DNA of 64,000 nucleotides from Candidatus Saccharimonadota bacterium. Its GTDB lineage: Bacteria > Patescibacteriota > Saccharimonadia > Saccharimonadales > UBA4665. The notes beneath the pieces were generated by a model, which searched no databases, was not told the DNA's origin, and saw only the letters and a list, made by a program, of their open reading frames with translations. Below are positions 1 through 7,775 of the stretch, piece by piece. Each line of letters begins with the position of its first letter. Position 1 is the stretch's first letter. The DNA is taken from positions 4,492-68,491 of the forward strand of contig JACMPL010000028.1 of the NCBI GenBank assembly GCA_014377525.1. Reading direction: 5' to 3'. A program made the position numbers and the translations under genes.

Positions 1-2
1 CA

Positions 3-884
3 ACTGTCGAAAAAGTCATTCACGACGTTCGATCGATTAATTCTGAGACAGCGATCATCATTAAGTCGACTGTGCCAGTGGGTTTTACGAAAAAGATGCG
101 AGAGGAGCACAACACCACTAAGATAATCTTTTCACCAGAGTTTCTACGCGAAGGAAAAGCGCTATATGACAATTTGCATCCATCACGAATAATTGTTGGC
201 GATACCACAGAGCAAGGTAAAAAGTTTGCTGAACTTATGGTTCGGGGGGCTATCAAAAAAGACATACCGGTCTTATTAATGGCGTCAACTGAGGCAGAAG
301 CAGTAAAACTGTTCGCTAACACTTATCTGGCTATGCGCGTTGCCTATTTTAACGAGCTCGATACGTATGCTGAGGTGCACCACTTGGATGCAGCTAATAT
401 CATTGATGGAGTCTGCCTTGACGCAAGAATTGGCGATTACTACAATAATCCTTCGTTTGGTTACGGTGGTTACTGTCTTCCGAAAGACACAAGACAACTT
501 CTTACTAATTTTCATGATGTCCCGAATAACCTCATTCGCGCTATAGTGGAGGCCAATAACACTCGAACAAAGCATGTCGCAGATATGATTTTGCGTAGAA
601 ACCCTCAAACAGTTGGGATATATCGGCTTACAATGAAGAAGGATTCAGATAACTTTCGTCAATCGGCAATTCAAGGCGTTATCCACTATTTGTCCAAGGC
701 TGGTATAAAAATCCTTATCCATGAGCCGACGACCACTGCTGACACTTTTTTAGGGCATAAAATCGAAAATGGTATTAAAGCTTTTAAGGAAATGTCGGAT
801 GTCATTGTCGCTAACCGGCTAACGCCTGAGCTTGAGGATATTGCGGCAAAAATTTATTCCCGCGATTTGTTTAGTAGAGATTGA
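3..884 (+). CDS. ugd: UDP-glucose 6-dehydrogenase (5' end lies outside the window)
   Basis: The frame is open from base 3 (..IIIKSTVPVGFT..). Family motifs are FSPEFLREGKALYDNLHPSRIIVG and the catalytic-Cys block FGYGGYCLPKDT. The listed ORF start at 72 is only the first in-frame GTG. Confidence 0.85.
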   Translation, partial: TVEKVIHDVRSINSETAIIIKSTVPVGFTKKMREEHNTTKIIFSPEFLREGKALYDNLHPSRIIVGDTTEQGKKFAELMVRGAIKKDIPVLLMASTEAEAVKLFANTYLAMRVAYFNELDTYAEVHHLDAANIIDGVCLDARIGDYYNNPSFGYGGYCLPKDTRQLLTNFHDVPNNLIRAIVEANNTRTKHVADMILRRNPQTVGIYRLTMKKDSDNFRQSAIQGVIHYLSKAGIKILIHEPTTTADTFLGHKIENGIKAFKEMSDVIVANRLTPELEDIAAKIYSRDLFSRD

Positions 885-1006
885 ATTTAGGTGTTACCTA
901 TTAGCCTCATTCAAACGAGCCATCATTTCGTTCACAACGGCTAATAAAGTGACGCCACAAATATTTTTGGTATAGTATATTAGAGAGATTTAAACAAACA
1001 TTCAAA

Positions 1007-2125
1007 ATGAAAACAATAAGCCAAAAGCTACTAGCCATATGGCTACGGTACGGACTTCACCTCACGGTACATAAAATAACGGAGCTAGTGCTTGGAGTCG
1101 TCATCTTCAGTACTACCGTCACTGCTGTATTGACCGTCTTACCTGCGCACCATAAAGTACATTCCCCTCAAATAGCGGCGCCCCTAATAACGCCTAAGCC
1201 AGCGACTAAACCAGTTGTAAGGCATCCTACCCCACAAGTTATTGCCCCTGTTTCACAACCTCCAGTTGCAATAATACCCAAACCTGTACCGCCAACTCCC
1301 ACCTTAGTCAAGGAACCCCAGGCGGTTCCTGTCAGTGAACCATCGCCTGGCGCAAGTATCAAGAAACTCGTACCCGCCACACCGACCGAGCCCATACCTA
1401 CTACAGGGACTAGCCCTGGAACTACTCCGCCTGCTCCGTCCAGTAGTTCTGCGACGACGCCAACAACTTCGACCGGACAGCCCGCATCCGCAAGCGGTGG
1501 TTATTATTCCACCAACTGGGCTGGCTATGCTGCGACAACCGGCAAATTTACTACTGTTTCAGGATCTTGGACGGTACCTAAGGTTACTGGTAATAATAGT
1601 ACAACATCGGGTGATGCAACCTGGGTAGGTATAGGAGGGTTATCCGGAACGGACCTTATACAAACAGGTACGTTCAATACAGTTGCGCCGGATGGTACCG
1701 TTTCAACGTTCGCATTTTATGAACTATTACCCGCTTCATCATTAGAGATACGATCGTTAGCTGTCCATAGCGGCGATTCAATGTTAGCCAATATTTCTGA
1801 GCAATCTAATAATCAATGGTCCATTAGCATTACTGATACCACTACAGGGCAAAACTATACAACAATAGTCGCCTATAATTCTGCTCATTCTTCAGCCGAA
1901 TGGATTGAAGAAGATCCGAGCTATCAAGATGGTTCGCTGGTACCACTTGATACATTTGACCACGTAACGTTCTCTACTGGTGACACGACTATGAATGGCA
2001 GCTTAAATAACATTTCCGCGAGCAAAGCCTCTCCGATTAGGCTGGTTGACGCAAATAATAAGCCCGTAATAACTCCATCTGTTTTAATAAACAGTGGAAA
2101 CAGCTACTGGGCAACCCACAATTAG
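1007..2125 (+). CDS. Membrane-anchored or secreted peptidase G1 (eqolisin, glutamic peptidase)-like protein with a Pro/Thr-rich linker
   Basis: An N-terminal hydrophobic helix is followed by about 120 aa of P/T/S-rich linker. The C-terminal domain has G1-family blocks: YYSTNWAGY, ATWVGIGG, LIQTG (catalytic Gln position) and AEWIEEDP (catalytic Glu position). Confidence 0.6.
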   Translation: MKTISQKLLAIWLRYGLHLTVHKITELVLGVVIFSTTVTAVLTVLPAHHKVHSPQIAAPLITPKPATKPVVRHPTPQVIAPVSQPPVAIIPKPVPPTPTLVKEPQAVPVSEPSPGASIKKLVPATPTEPIPTTGTSPGTTPPAPSSSSATTPTTSTGQPASASGGYYSTNWAGYAATTGKFTTVSGSWTVPKVTGNNSTTSGDATWVGIGGLSGTDLIQTGTFNTVAPDGTVSTFAFYELLPASSLEIRSLAVHSGDSMLANISEQSNNQWSISITDTTTGQNYTTIVAYNSAHSSAEWIEEDPSYQDGSLVPLDTFDHVTFSTGDTTMNGSLNNISASKASPIRLVDANNKPVITPSVLINSGNSYWATHN

Positions 2126-2191
2126 TATCTACTAAGTCATTCCTTTTATAATGAGGATTATAACAATGACTGATATTATTTTTCGTTACTG

Positions 2192-3373
2192 CTAGAGATT
2201 AGCTGCCGAAAATATTGTCGCAAAGTCCTCACCCCTCAACCAATGAGCGTGAGCTACTTCTTTGGATGCTATTAGCGATAACGCCCGCAAATCAAACTCT
2301 CTACGTAGCTGCCAACCTTCCTGTCCTCCTACTAGCTTGGTACCTTGCATAGCTACTGCCGTTTCGTGGCCGGTTGGAACAGCATATTCAGGCTGTGACG
2401 GCAAAAAGCCAGCACAGTTTTGACTTTGGAGTTTGGCTATAAGATGGCTGGCAATGTAAGCACCCATCTCAATAGCTGCATGAGCGGTACCGCTATACAT
2501 AACGGCTGCTGAATCGCCAACAACATACAGCCCATCGTGGTTCGTTTGTAAATATTTGTTAACTAATACTCTACCTTTATGGTCAACTTCGAATATATCC
2601 GAGCGCTGCCGGAAATAGCTGTTGGCACTACTGCCAGCAGTCCAGATTAATATATCAAACGCTTGGGCAGGGCCATCAGCAATGTGCAATAGCTCTTTTG
2701 TAGCGCGAATTACCTTTTTACCGCATTGTATTTCAATTTGGTTGGCCAATGATCGTTCGACCTGATAGGCAAAATCTTCAGACAGGCCACCTAGAATACG
2801 GTTTTGAGCCTCTATAAGGCTTACTTCGACACGGCTATCGCCGGTTATCATTTCGAAAAAACGGGTAATCGAGGCGGCTACTTCTACTCCTGTTGGACCA
2901 CCACCGGCGACAATTACTCTGGCAGGTGCTGATTTAAGGAAGCTTTGCTTAGCAAGCTGCACCAATGATTTACGAAGCTCTAAAGCATCAGCCAGCGAAT
3001 AGAGCGTCTTCGAAAATTCACGCATTCCAGGTATTCCGAAATATTCAGGCTCGTAACCAAGAGCGAGAGTCAGGCTGTCATATCCAAGTTCTTGTCCACT
3101 CAAAAGTTTGATGTGCTTTTTTACTGGATCAACGTCGACCATAAAATCTTGCTGATAGAGTACGTCTGTACCCTTGAATATTTCCCGGTACGGTATGACC
3201 GTCTCTAGCGGAGAATAACCGTTTGCACTTCGATAGAGTGAACCGTGGTATTCAAAGTTTAACTGTGGGTTGATTACTAGTACGTCTACATCGTTTCTGT
3301 TGGCAAGCAGACGAGCAGCTCGTAAGCCGGCAAATCCGCCCCCAACTATGATATGTTTGTGTTTATTACTCAT
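2192..3373 (-). CDS. ndh: Type II NADH dehydrogenase (NDH-2) / FAD-dependent pyridine nucleotide-disulfide oxidoreductase
   Basis: There are two Rossmann motifs, HIIVGGGFAGL directly after the internal Met and VIVAGGGPTGVE. I trimmed the start to the ATG at 3373 because the longer ORF would run into the divergent neighbour. Confidence 0.75.
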   Translation of the reverse strand: MSNKHKHIIVGGGFAGLRAARLLANRNDVDVLVINPQLNFEYHGSLYRSANGYSPLETVIPYREIFKGTDVLYQQDFMVDVDPVKKHIKLLSGQELGYDSLTLALGYEPEYFGIPGMREFSKTLYSLADALELRKSLVQLAKQSFLKSAPARVIVAGGGPTGVEVAASITRFFEMITGDSRVEVSLIEAQNRILGGLSEDFAYQVERSLANQIEIQCGKKVIRATKELLHIADGPAQAFDILIWTAGSSANSYFRQRSDIFEVDHKGRVLVNKYLQTNHDGLYVVGDSAAVMYSGTAHAAIEMGAYIASHLIAKLQSQNCAGFLPSQPEYAVPTGHETAVAMQGTKLVGGQEGWQLRREFDLRALSLIASKEVAHAHWLRGEDFATIFSAANL

Positions 3374-3418
3374 AATACCTAGTATAAAGCTTGCGCTTGA
3401 AATATAATAGAACTCACT

Positions 3419-4996
3419 ATGCTCAATAATCTTATAAAAGGCGAAATTCACAGCTCCGCTGCTGCCCGAGAGGCATATTCTAAAGATGCTAGCATATTTA
3501 AGGTGTATCCTCTCGCAGTAGCCATTCCTCATGACGTCGATGATCTCGAAAAAATTATCCAATACGTAACCACTACCAACAAGCACGGCGGAAACCTAAC
3601 CATTGCTCCGCGCAACGGTGGAACCTGTATGTCGGGCGGTCCGTTAACCGAAGGTATTGTCGTTGACATTTCACGATATCTAAATCTACTTGGTGAAATC
3701 GACAGTTTTCATAAAACAATCGTTGTCCAAGCTGGCGTTATGCACCGTGACATCGAGAAAGCGGCCAGCGCCCAAGGGCTGATTTTTGCACCCTACACTT
3801 CTTCAAAAGACTTCTGTGGTATCGGTGGAATGATTGGCAACAATGCTTCAGGTGAACTATCGCTAATCTATGGACCAACTAGCAATAACGTAGCCAATCT
3901 CAAAGTACTACTTTCAGATGGAAAGGAGTACTCATTTAAGCCATTAACACGTAAACAACTCAAGCAAAAGTTAGAGCTGATGACCTACGAAGGCGAGATT
4001 TACCGAAAAATGGTTACCTTGCTCAAAGAAAACCGTCAATTAATTAAAACTCACCATCCACGAGTTACTAAAAATGCAGCCGGCTACGCGCTGTGGGAGC
4101 TATGGGATCAACATGAACAGGTTTTTAATTTAGGACGTTTGTTTATAGGCGCCCAGGCGACTCTTGGTATAGTAACTGAAGCAACTTTAAAGCTTGTCGA
4201 CAAATCACCACACCAGCAAATGATCGTCTGCGCAATCGATAGTATTGACCAGCTGACCGACATAGTACGCACAATCGTTCATCATAACGCTAGCATATGT
4301 GAAACTTTCGATCACCACACCTATGAATTAGCTCAACTACAATATCCAGCTGACGCCGCCAATGCTCATTTCGCTAATGGTAAGCACATGGTCGTGTACG
4401 GAATCTTTGAAGGTGACACTATAGAGCAAGCCGAGATCCTAGCCGGCCAAGCAAAAAATATTATTGAACAGAGCTTACACGCTACCGTCCATTGGGTTGA
4501 TTCGCCTGACGTCAAGAGTAGTTTCCAGGCTATACGCCGTTACAGCTATAAAATGCTCAAAGATATGAATTCTGACTTAAAAAAAGCTATGCCATTTATT
4601 GAAGACACAATTGTTCCGCTCGAGCACTACGGCGAATTTGTTTCAGCACTGGAAGCAATTCTACAAGACTATGATATGACATATACCTACGCTGGGCATA
4701 TCGGTGAAGGCAGTATCCGTCTAATCCCGTTGGTAAATCGCACATCGAAAACTGCCGATACAATTATGGAGGTCGAGGGACGGGTTAACGATTTAGTCCT
4801 CGCGTTCCGCGGTTCGATTAGTGTCGATCACAACGACGGTATTATTCGCACACCCTATCTTGAGCAGCAATATGGAAGCGAAATGATAAGCTTATTTCAC
4901 CAAGTAAAAAATATTTTCGACCCTTACGATATTTTTAACAGGGGGAAAAAGGTAAATGGTACCATCGACTTTGCCCGCGCACACATTGACCTATAA
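3419..4996 (+). CDS. FAD-linked oxidase (GlcD / D-lactate dehydrogenase family)
   Basis: It has an FAD_binding_4-like N-terminus (PRNGGTCMSGGPL.., VVDISRYLN, IVVQAGV, GIGGMIGNNASGE) and a C-terminal FAD-oxidase domain. Confidence 0.75.
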   Translation: MLNNLIKGEIHSSAAAREAYSKDASIFKVYPLAVAIPHDVDDLEKIIQYVTTTNKHGGNLTIAPRNGGTCMSGGPLTEGIVVDISRYLNLLGEIDSFHKTIVVQAGVMHRDIEKAASAQGLIFAPYTSSKDFCGIGGMIGNNASGELSLIYGPTSNNVANLKVLLSDGKEYSFKPLTRKQLKQKLELMTYEGEIYRKMVTLLKENRQLIKTHHPRVTKNAAGYALWELWDQHEQVFNLGRLFIGAQATLGIVTEATLKLVDKSPHQQMIVCAIDSIDQLTDIVRTIVHHNASICETFDHHTYELAQLQYPADAANAHFANGKHMVVYGIFEGDTIEQAEILAGQAKNIIEQSLHATVHWVDSPDVKSSFQAIRRYSYKMLKDMNSDLKKAMPFIEDTIVPLEHYGEFVSALEAILQDYDMTYTYAGHIGEGSIRLIPLVNRTSKTADTIMEVEGRVNDLVLAFRGSISVDHNDGIIRTPYLEQQYGSEMISLFHQVKNIFDPYDIFNRGKKVNGTIDFARAHIDL

Positions 4997-5293
4997 TATT
5001 TTGCTTGTTCCCAAAGCAGTATCACGCTAGCTGTGTGACATTCAATTTTTTGCGATTCTACCAGATTGATTGGGCATCAAAAGATTAAGCCAAGCTACGG
5101 ACAGAAATAGCGCCTTATTTTACGTTGATCATCATGAATTATCACTTATCTACTTGCTAGTTTTGGTTGTAGTAATATTCATAAATATACCATATACTAA
5201 TCTGCAAAGTGCTAATGATAAAAGGAGCAAATTTAGCAATACAATACTCAGTAAAACTTGTTTACGAATTTTAACTAACATCTGGAGAATCCT

Positions 5294-6025
5294 ATGAATA
5301 TTTCTGACATTACTACGCTATGGTTCTGGTTCGGTTTTGGTGGCATGAGTCTTGGCTCACTAGTAATATGCTTATTGGCAGCAAAAATGAAGCCTGCTCA
5401 TCGTTACCACGCCTTGCTTGCCGTTGCGGTAACCTCAATTGCCACAATCGCTTACTTTGCATTAGCGCGAGGACTTGCTACTGCTACAGTAGGAAATGGA
5501 TCAATCTATTTTGGGCGCTATGTAGATTGGCTGTTCACAACTCCGCTATTATTACTTAGCTTGCTGGTCATTGCTTTACCCGCCAAATCATCTGGTGAGG
5601 ACAGCCGCGAAAAAGCTGGCTTAATCGGTGGCGTTATACTTGCTGACATTTTGATGATCGTAACCGGATTTTTTGCCGACCTTTCGAGCAACACCATCGA
5701 TAAAGTTGTTTGGTATGTTTCCAGTTGTCTATGGTTCGCAATACTGGTGTTCGTTATGTTTACAGTCGTACAGCGTCGAGCAAATGCCGTTAGCAAGCAA
5801 ACTGGTAAAGTTTACGGCCAACTACTTGGCTTCTTATCAATTGTCTGGATTTGGTACCCTATTGTCTGGGCTTTGGGGAGTACAGGTTACAAACTTATAA
5901 GTCTCAACACCGAAGCAGCCCTGTATGCCATCTTGGATGTAAGCGCAAAGGCTGTCTTTGGCATACTAACCTTAGTATTAGTAACTCGCCTTAAGCACGG
6001 ATTAGCAAATAATTCTAACGAATAG
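5294..6025 (+). CDS. Type-1 microbial rhodopsin with a DTS motif
   Basis: There are seven hydrophobic segments. Helix C reads RYVDWLFTTPLLLLS (Asp, Thr and Ser at BR positions 85, 89 and 96), helix F reads WIWYPIVWALG, and helix G reads DVSAKAVFG with the Schiff-base Lys. A GGAG lies 8 nt upstream of the ATG. Confidence 0.9.
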   Translation: MNISDITTLWFWFGFGGMSLGSLVICLLAAKMKPAHRYHALLAVAVTSIATIAYFALARGLATATVGNGSIYFGRYVDWLFTTPLLLLSLLVIALPAKSSGEDSREKAGLIGGVILADILMIVTGFFADLSSNTIDKVVWYVSSCLWFAILVFVMFTVVQRRANAVSKQTGKVYGQLLGFLSIVWIWYPIVWALGSTGYKLISLNTEAALYAILDVSAKAVFGILTLVLVTRLKHGLANNSNE

Positions 6026-6144
6026 AATAGACACCGTTCAGAAACAGTTTTTTGGGTGCCGATTTACATAGTATTGGGCCTTCTTCGTAAATAATAAATT
6101 TAAATTGTCTAACTGTGTTAAGTATCAGAGTTATCTGGTGAAAT

Positions 6145-6816
6145 CTAGCTAAGAGCAGCTCGTAATTTTGCTGAATCGAGGATTACAAATAAGTGGTTCG
6201 CTTGCGCTAAAAGCTCTTCCACAAACAGACTTTCTATCGCACGACTTGCAGTCTCACGAGTCATATTTATTGAATCGGCAATATCTTGATGCGTGATAGG
6301 TGCAGTAATAATAATATTGGAGCCAGCATGACGGCCAAATCTTTCTGCTAAAAATAATAGTTCAGCGATTACCCGACCCCGAGCCGACCTGAACTCAAGT
6401 GTTTGAATGCGCTGCGCATAAATGGCAATAACATTGACTGCTTGATTTAGTATTTCTTGCGTCAACATAATGTTACTGCTCATTGCAGTCCGGAGCTTGT
6501 CCTTGGAAGATTTTGCAACCATTGCGTCTCCAACTGCTACATACGATAAGCTAGTCGTACGGTTACCATCCAAAGCCCAAGGCAGTGGAATGAATTCACC
6601 GGCCTTATGAATTAATAGGAGGTTTACGTGTCCGTCCTGCGAGCTTGAACAAGCCTTTACGAATCCCTGTTTGATAAAATGTACGCCGTCAGATTCGTCA
6701 AAACTATTAATGATAGTTTCTCCATTTTTGAATGCAACAGCAGTTGCATCGTCAAAGTAAGTGGCAATAGCAGTGCCTTTAGTTGCTTTATGAGCAGTGG
6801 TTATTTTAGTGATCAT
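6145..6816 (-). CDS. Crp/Fnr family transcriptional regulator
   Basis: It has a cNMP-binding-like beta-roll (GETIINSFDESDGVHFIKQGFVK..) and a C-terminal HTH (ITHQDIADSINMTRETASRAIESL). I placed the start at the internal ATG 6816, which has AAGGAG upstream. Confidence 0.75.
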   Translation of the reverse strand: MITKITTAHKATKGTAIATYFDDATAVAFKNGETIINSFDESDGVHFIKQGFVKACSSSQDGHVNLLLIHKAGEFIPLPWALDGNRTTSLSYVAVGDAMVAKSSKDKLRTAMSSNIMLTQEILNQAVNVIAIYAQRIQTLEFRSARGRVIAELLFLAERFGRHAGSNIIITAPITHQDIADSINMTRETASRAIESLFVEELLAQANHLFVILDSAKLRAALS

Positions 6817-7034
6817 ATCTACTAGTCTACACTCCTTACCTAACACTATATCTGTATCGAAGCATCTACTACAAAAGAAACAGCTCTTACGCCATGGGTA
6901 CTATTGAAACTACTGCTGCCTAGTTACGTAAAAATACAGATTAGCGGTTGTTAAGTATCCGCTATCTAACACAGTGTATGGAGACTACTCTTAAAAAGGA
7001 CATTTTATATAATTTAATATTTCAGAGAGATTTT

Positions 7035-7286
7035 ATGACAAAACACGCTCGAGAAGAATTCAAAGTAGCAGGCGATGACCTCCTAAAGCAGGTGAAGCAT
7101 CTCATTAAAGAAGGTAACGTGCGCAGAATCACTATCAAGAATAAAGACAATAAAACAATTGTCGAAATACCACTTACTATCGGCGTCGTTGGAGCAGTTT
7201 TTGCCCCTGCATTAGCTGCCGTTGGCGCGATTGCGGCACTTATCACTGAATGCACAATTGTCGTAGAACGGGAGAACGTCGTATGA
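7035..7286 (+). CDS. DUF4342 domain protein
   Basis: EEFKVAGDDLLKQVKHLIKEGNVRRITIKNKDNKTIVEIPLTIGVVGAVFAPALAAVGAIAAL is the typical DUF4342 pattern. The start is placed at the ATG at 7035. Confidence 0.6.
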   Translation: MTKHAREEFKVAGDDLLKQVKHLIKEGNVRRITIKNKDNKTIVEIPLTIGVVGAVFAPALAAVGAIAALITECTIVVERENVV

Positions 7287-7762
7287 TTCACAAACCAGCC
7301 CATCCGTTTCAAAAAGTACACTCCTTTCTGCGTAAACATCCAATGGGAGTATTGTCGACGATCGCCGGAGATGGTACGCCATGGGGATCAGCCATATACT
7401 ACGTAGCCGATGAAGATTTTAAGTTTTACTTCGTGACACGAGCCGAAACATCTAAATACAAGAATTTAGACAAAACACCCCTGGCAGCTCTAACGATTAC
7501 CGATGTGGCTAGCCAGACCACAGTACAGCTTACGGGGACTATAACGCGGTTGCCGGCAAAGGAATACATGGACATTGTTTTTGGAAAACTAGCAAGTATC
7601 AGGCCAAAAGACGACTTTGCCTGGGCACCGCCTTTAGAAAAATTACATGATGGTAACTACATGCCATTAGTATTGACGCCAACTAAGCTGCAGTTTGCCG
7701 ATTATAAAGACGTTAAACCCGATATTCACGCCGACTATATCGAAAAGATCATTCCTGCCTAA
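7283..7762 (+). CDS. Pyridoxamine 5'-phosphate oxidase-like FMN-binding protein
   Basis: The split-barrel N-terminus is of the PNPOx/GSP26 type (MGVLSTIAGDGTPWGSAIYYVADEDFKFYFVTR). An ATGA start/stop overlap links it to the upstream gene. Confidence 0.6.
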   Translation: MIHKPAHPFQKVHSFLRKHPMGVLSTIAGDGTPWGSAIYYVADEDFKFYFVTRAETSKYKNLDKTPLAALTITDVASQTTVQLTGTITRLPAKEYMDIVFGKLASIRPKDDFAWAPPLEKLHDGNYMPLVLTPTKLQFADYKDVKPDIHADYIEKIIPA

Positions 7763-7775
7763 TTAAGTGAACTAC

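Noticed and set aside
3374-3586. An N-terminal 71-aa extension of the NDH-2 ORF.
   Set aside because: The extension would overlap the divergent FAD-oxidase gene by about 170 nt. The Rossmann GGGFAG motif begins directly after the internal Met at 3373.
5009-5050. A possible CRP-type site or terminator (ATCACGCTAGCTGTGTGAC followed by a T-run) after the FAD-oxidase gene.
   Set aside because: The stem is only 4 bp, and the half-sites are in outward (TCAC..GTGA) orientation rather than TGTGA-N6-TCACA. The evidence is too weak for either call.
5070-5297. A 75-aa ORF in the rhodopsin leader.
   Set aside because: It is AT-rich and low-complexity, has no RBS, and ends overlapping the rhodopsin ATG (4-nt ATGA overlap). 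It is more likely 5' UTR or promoter sequence.
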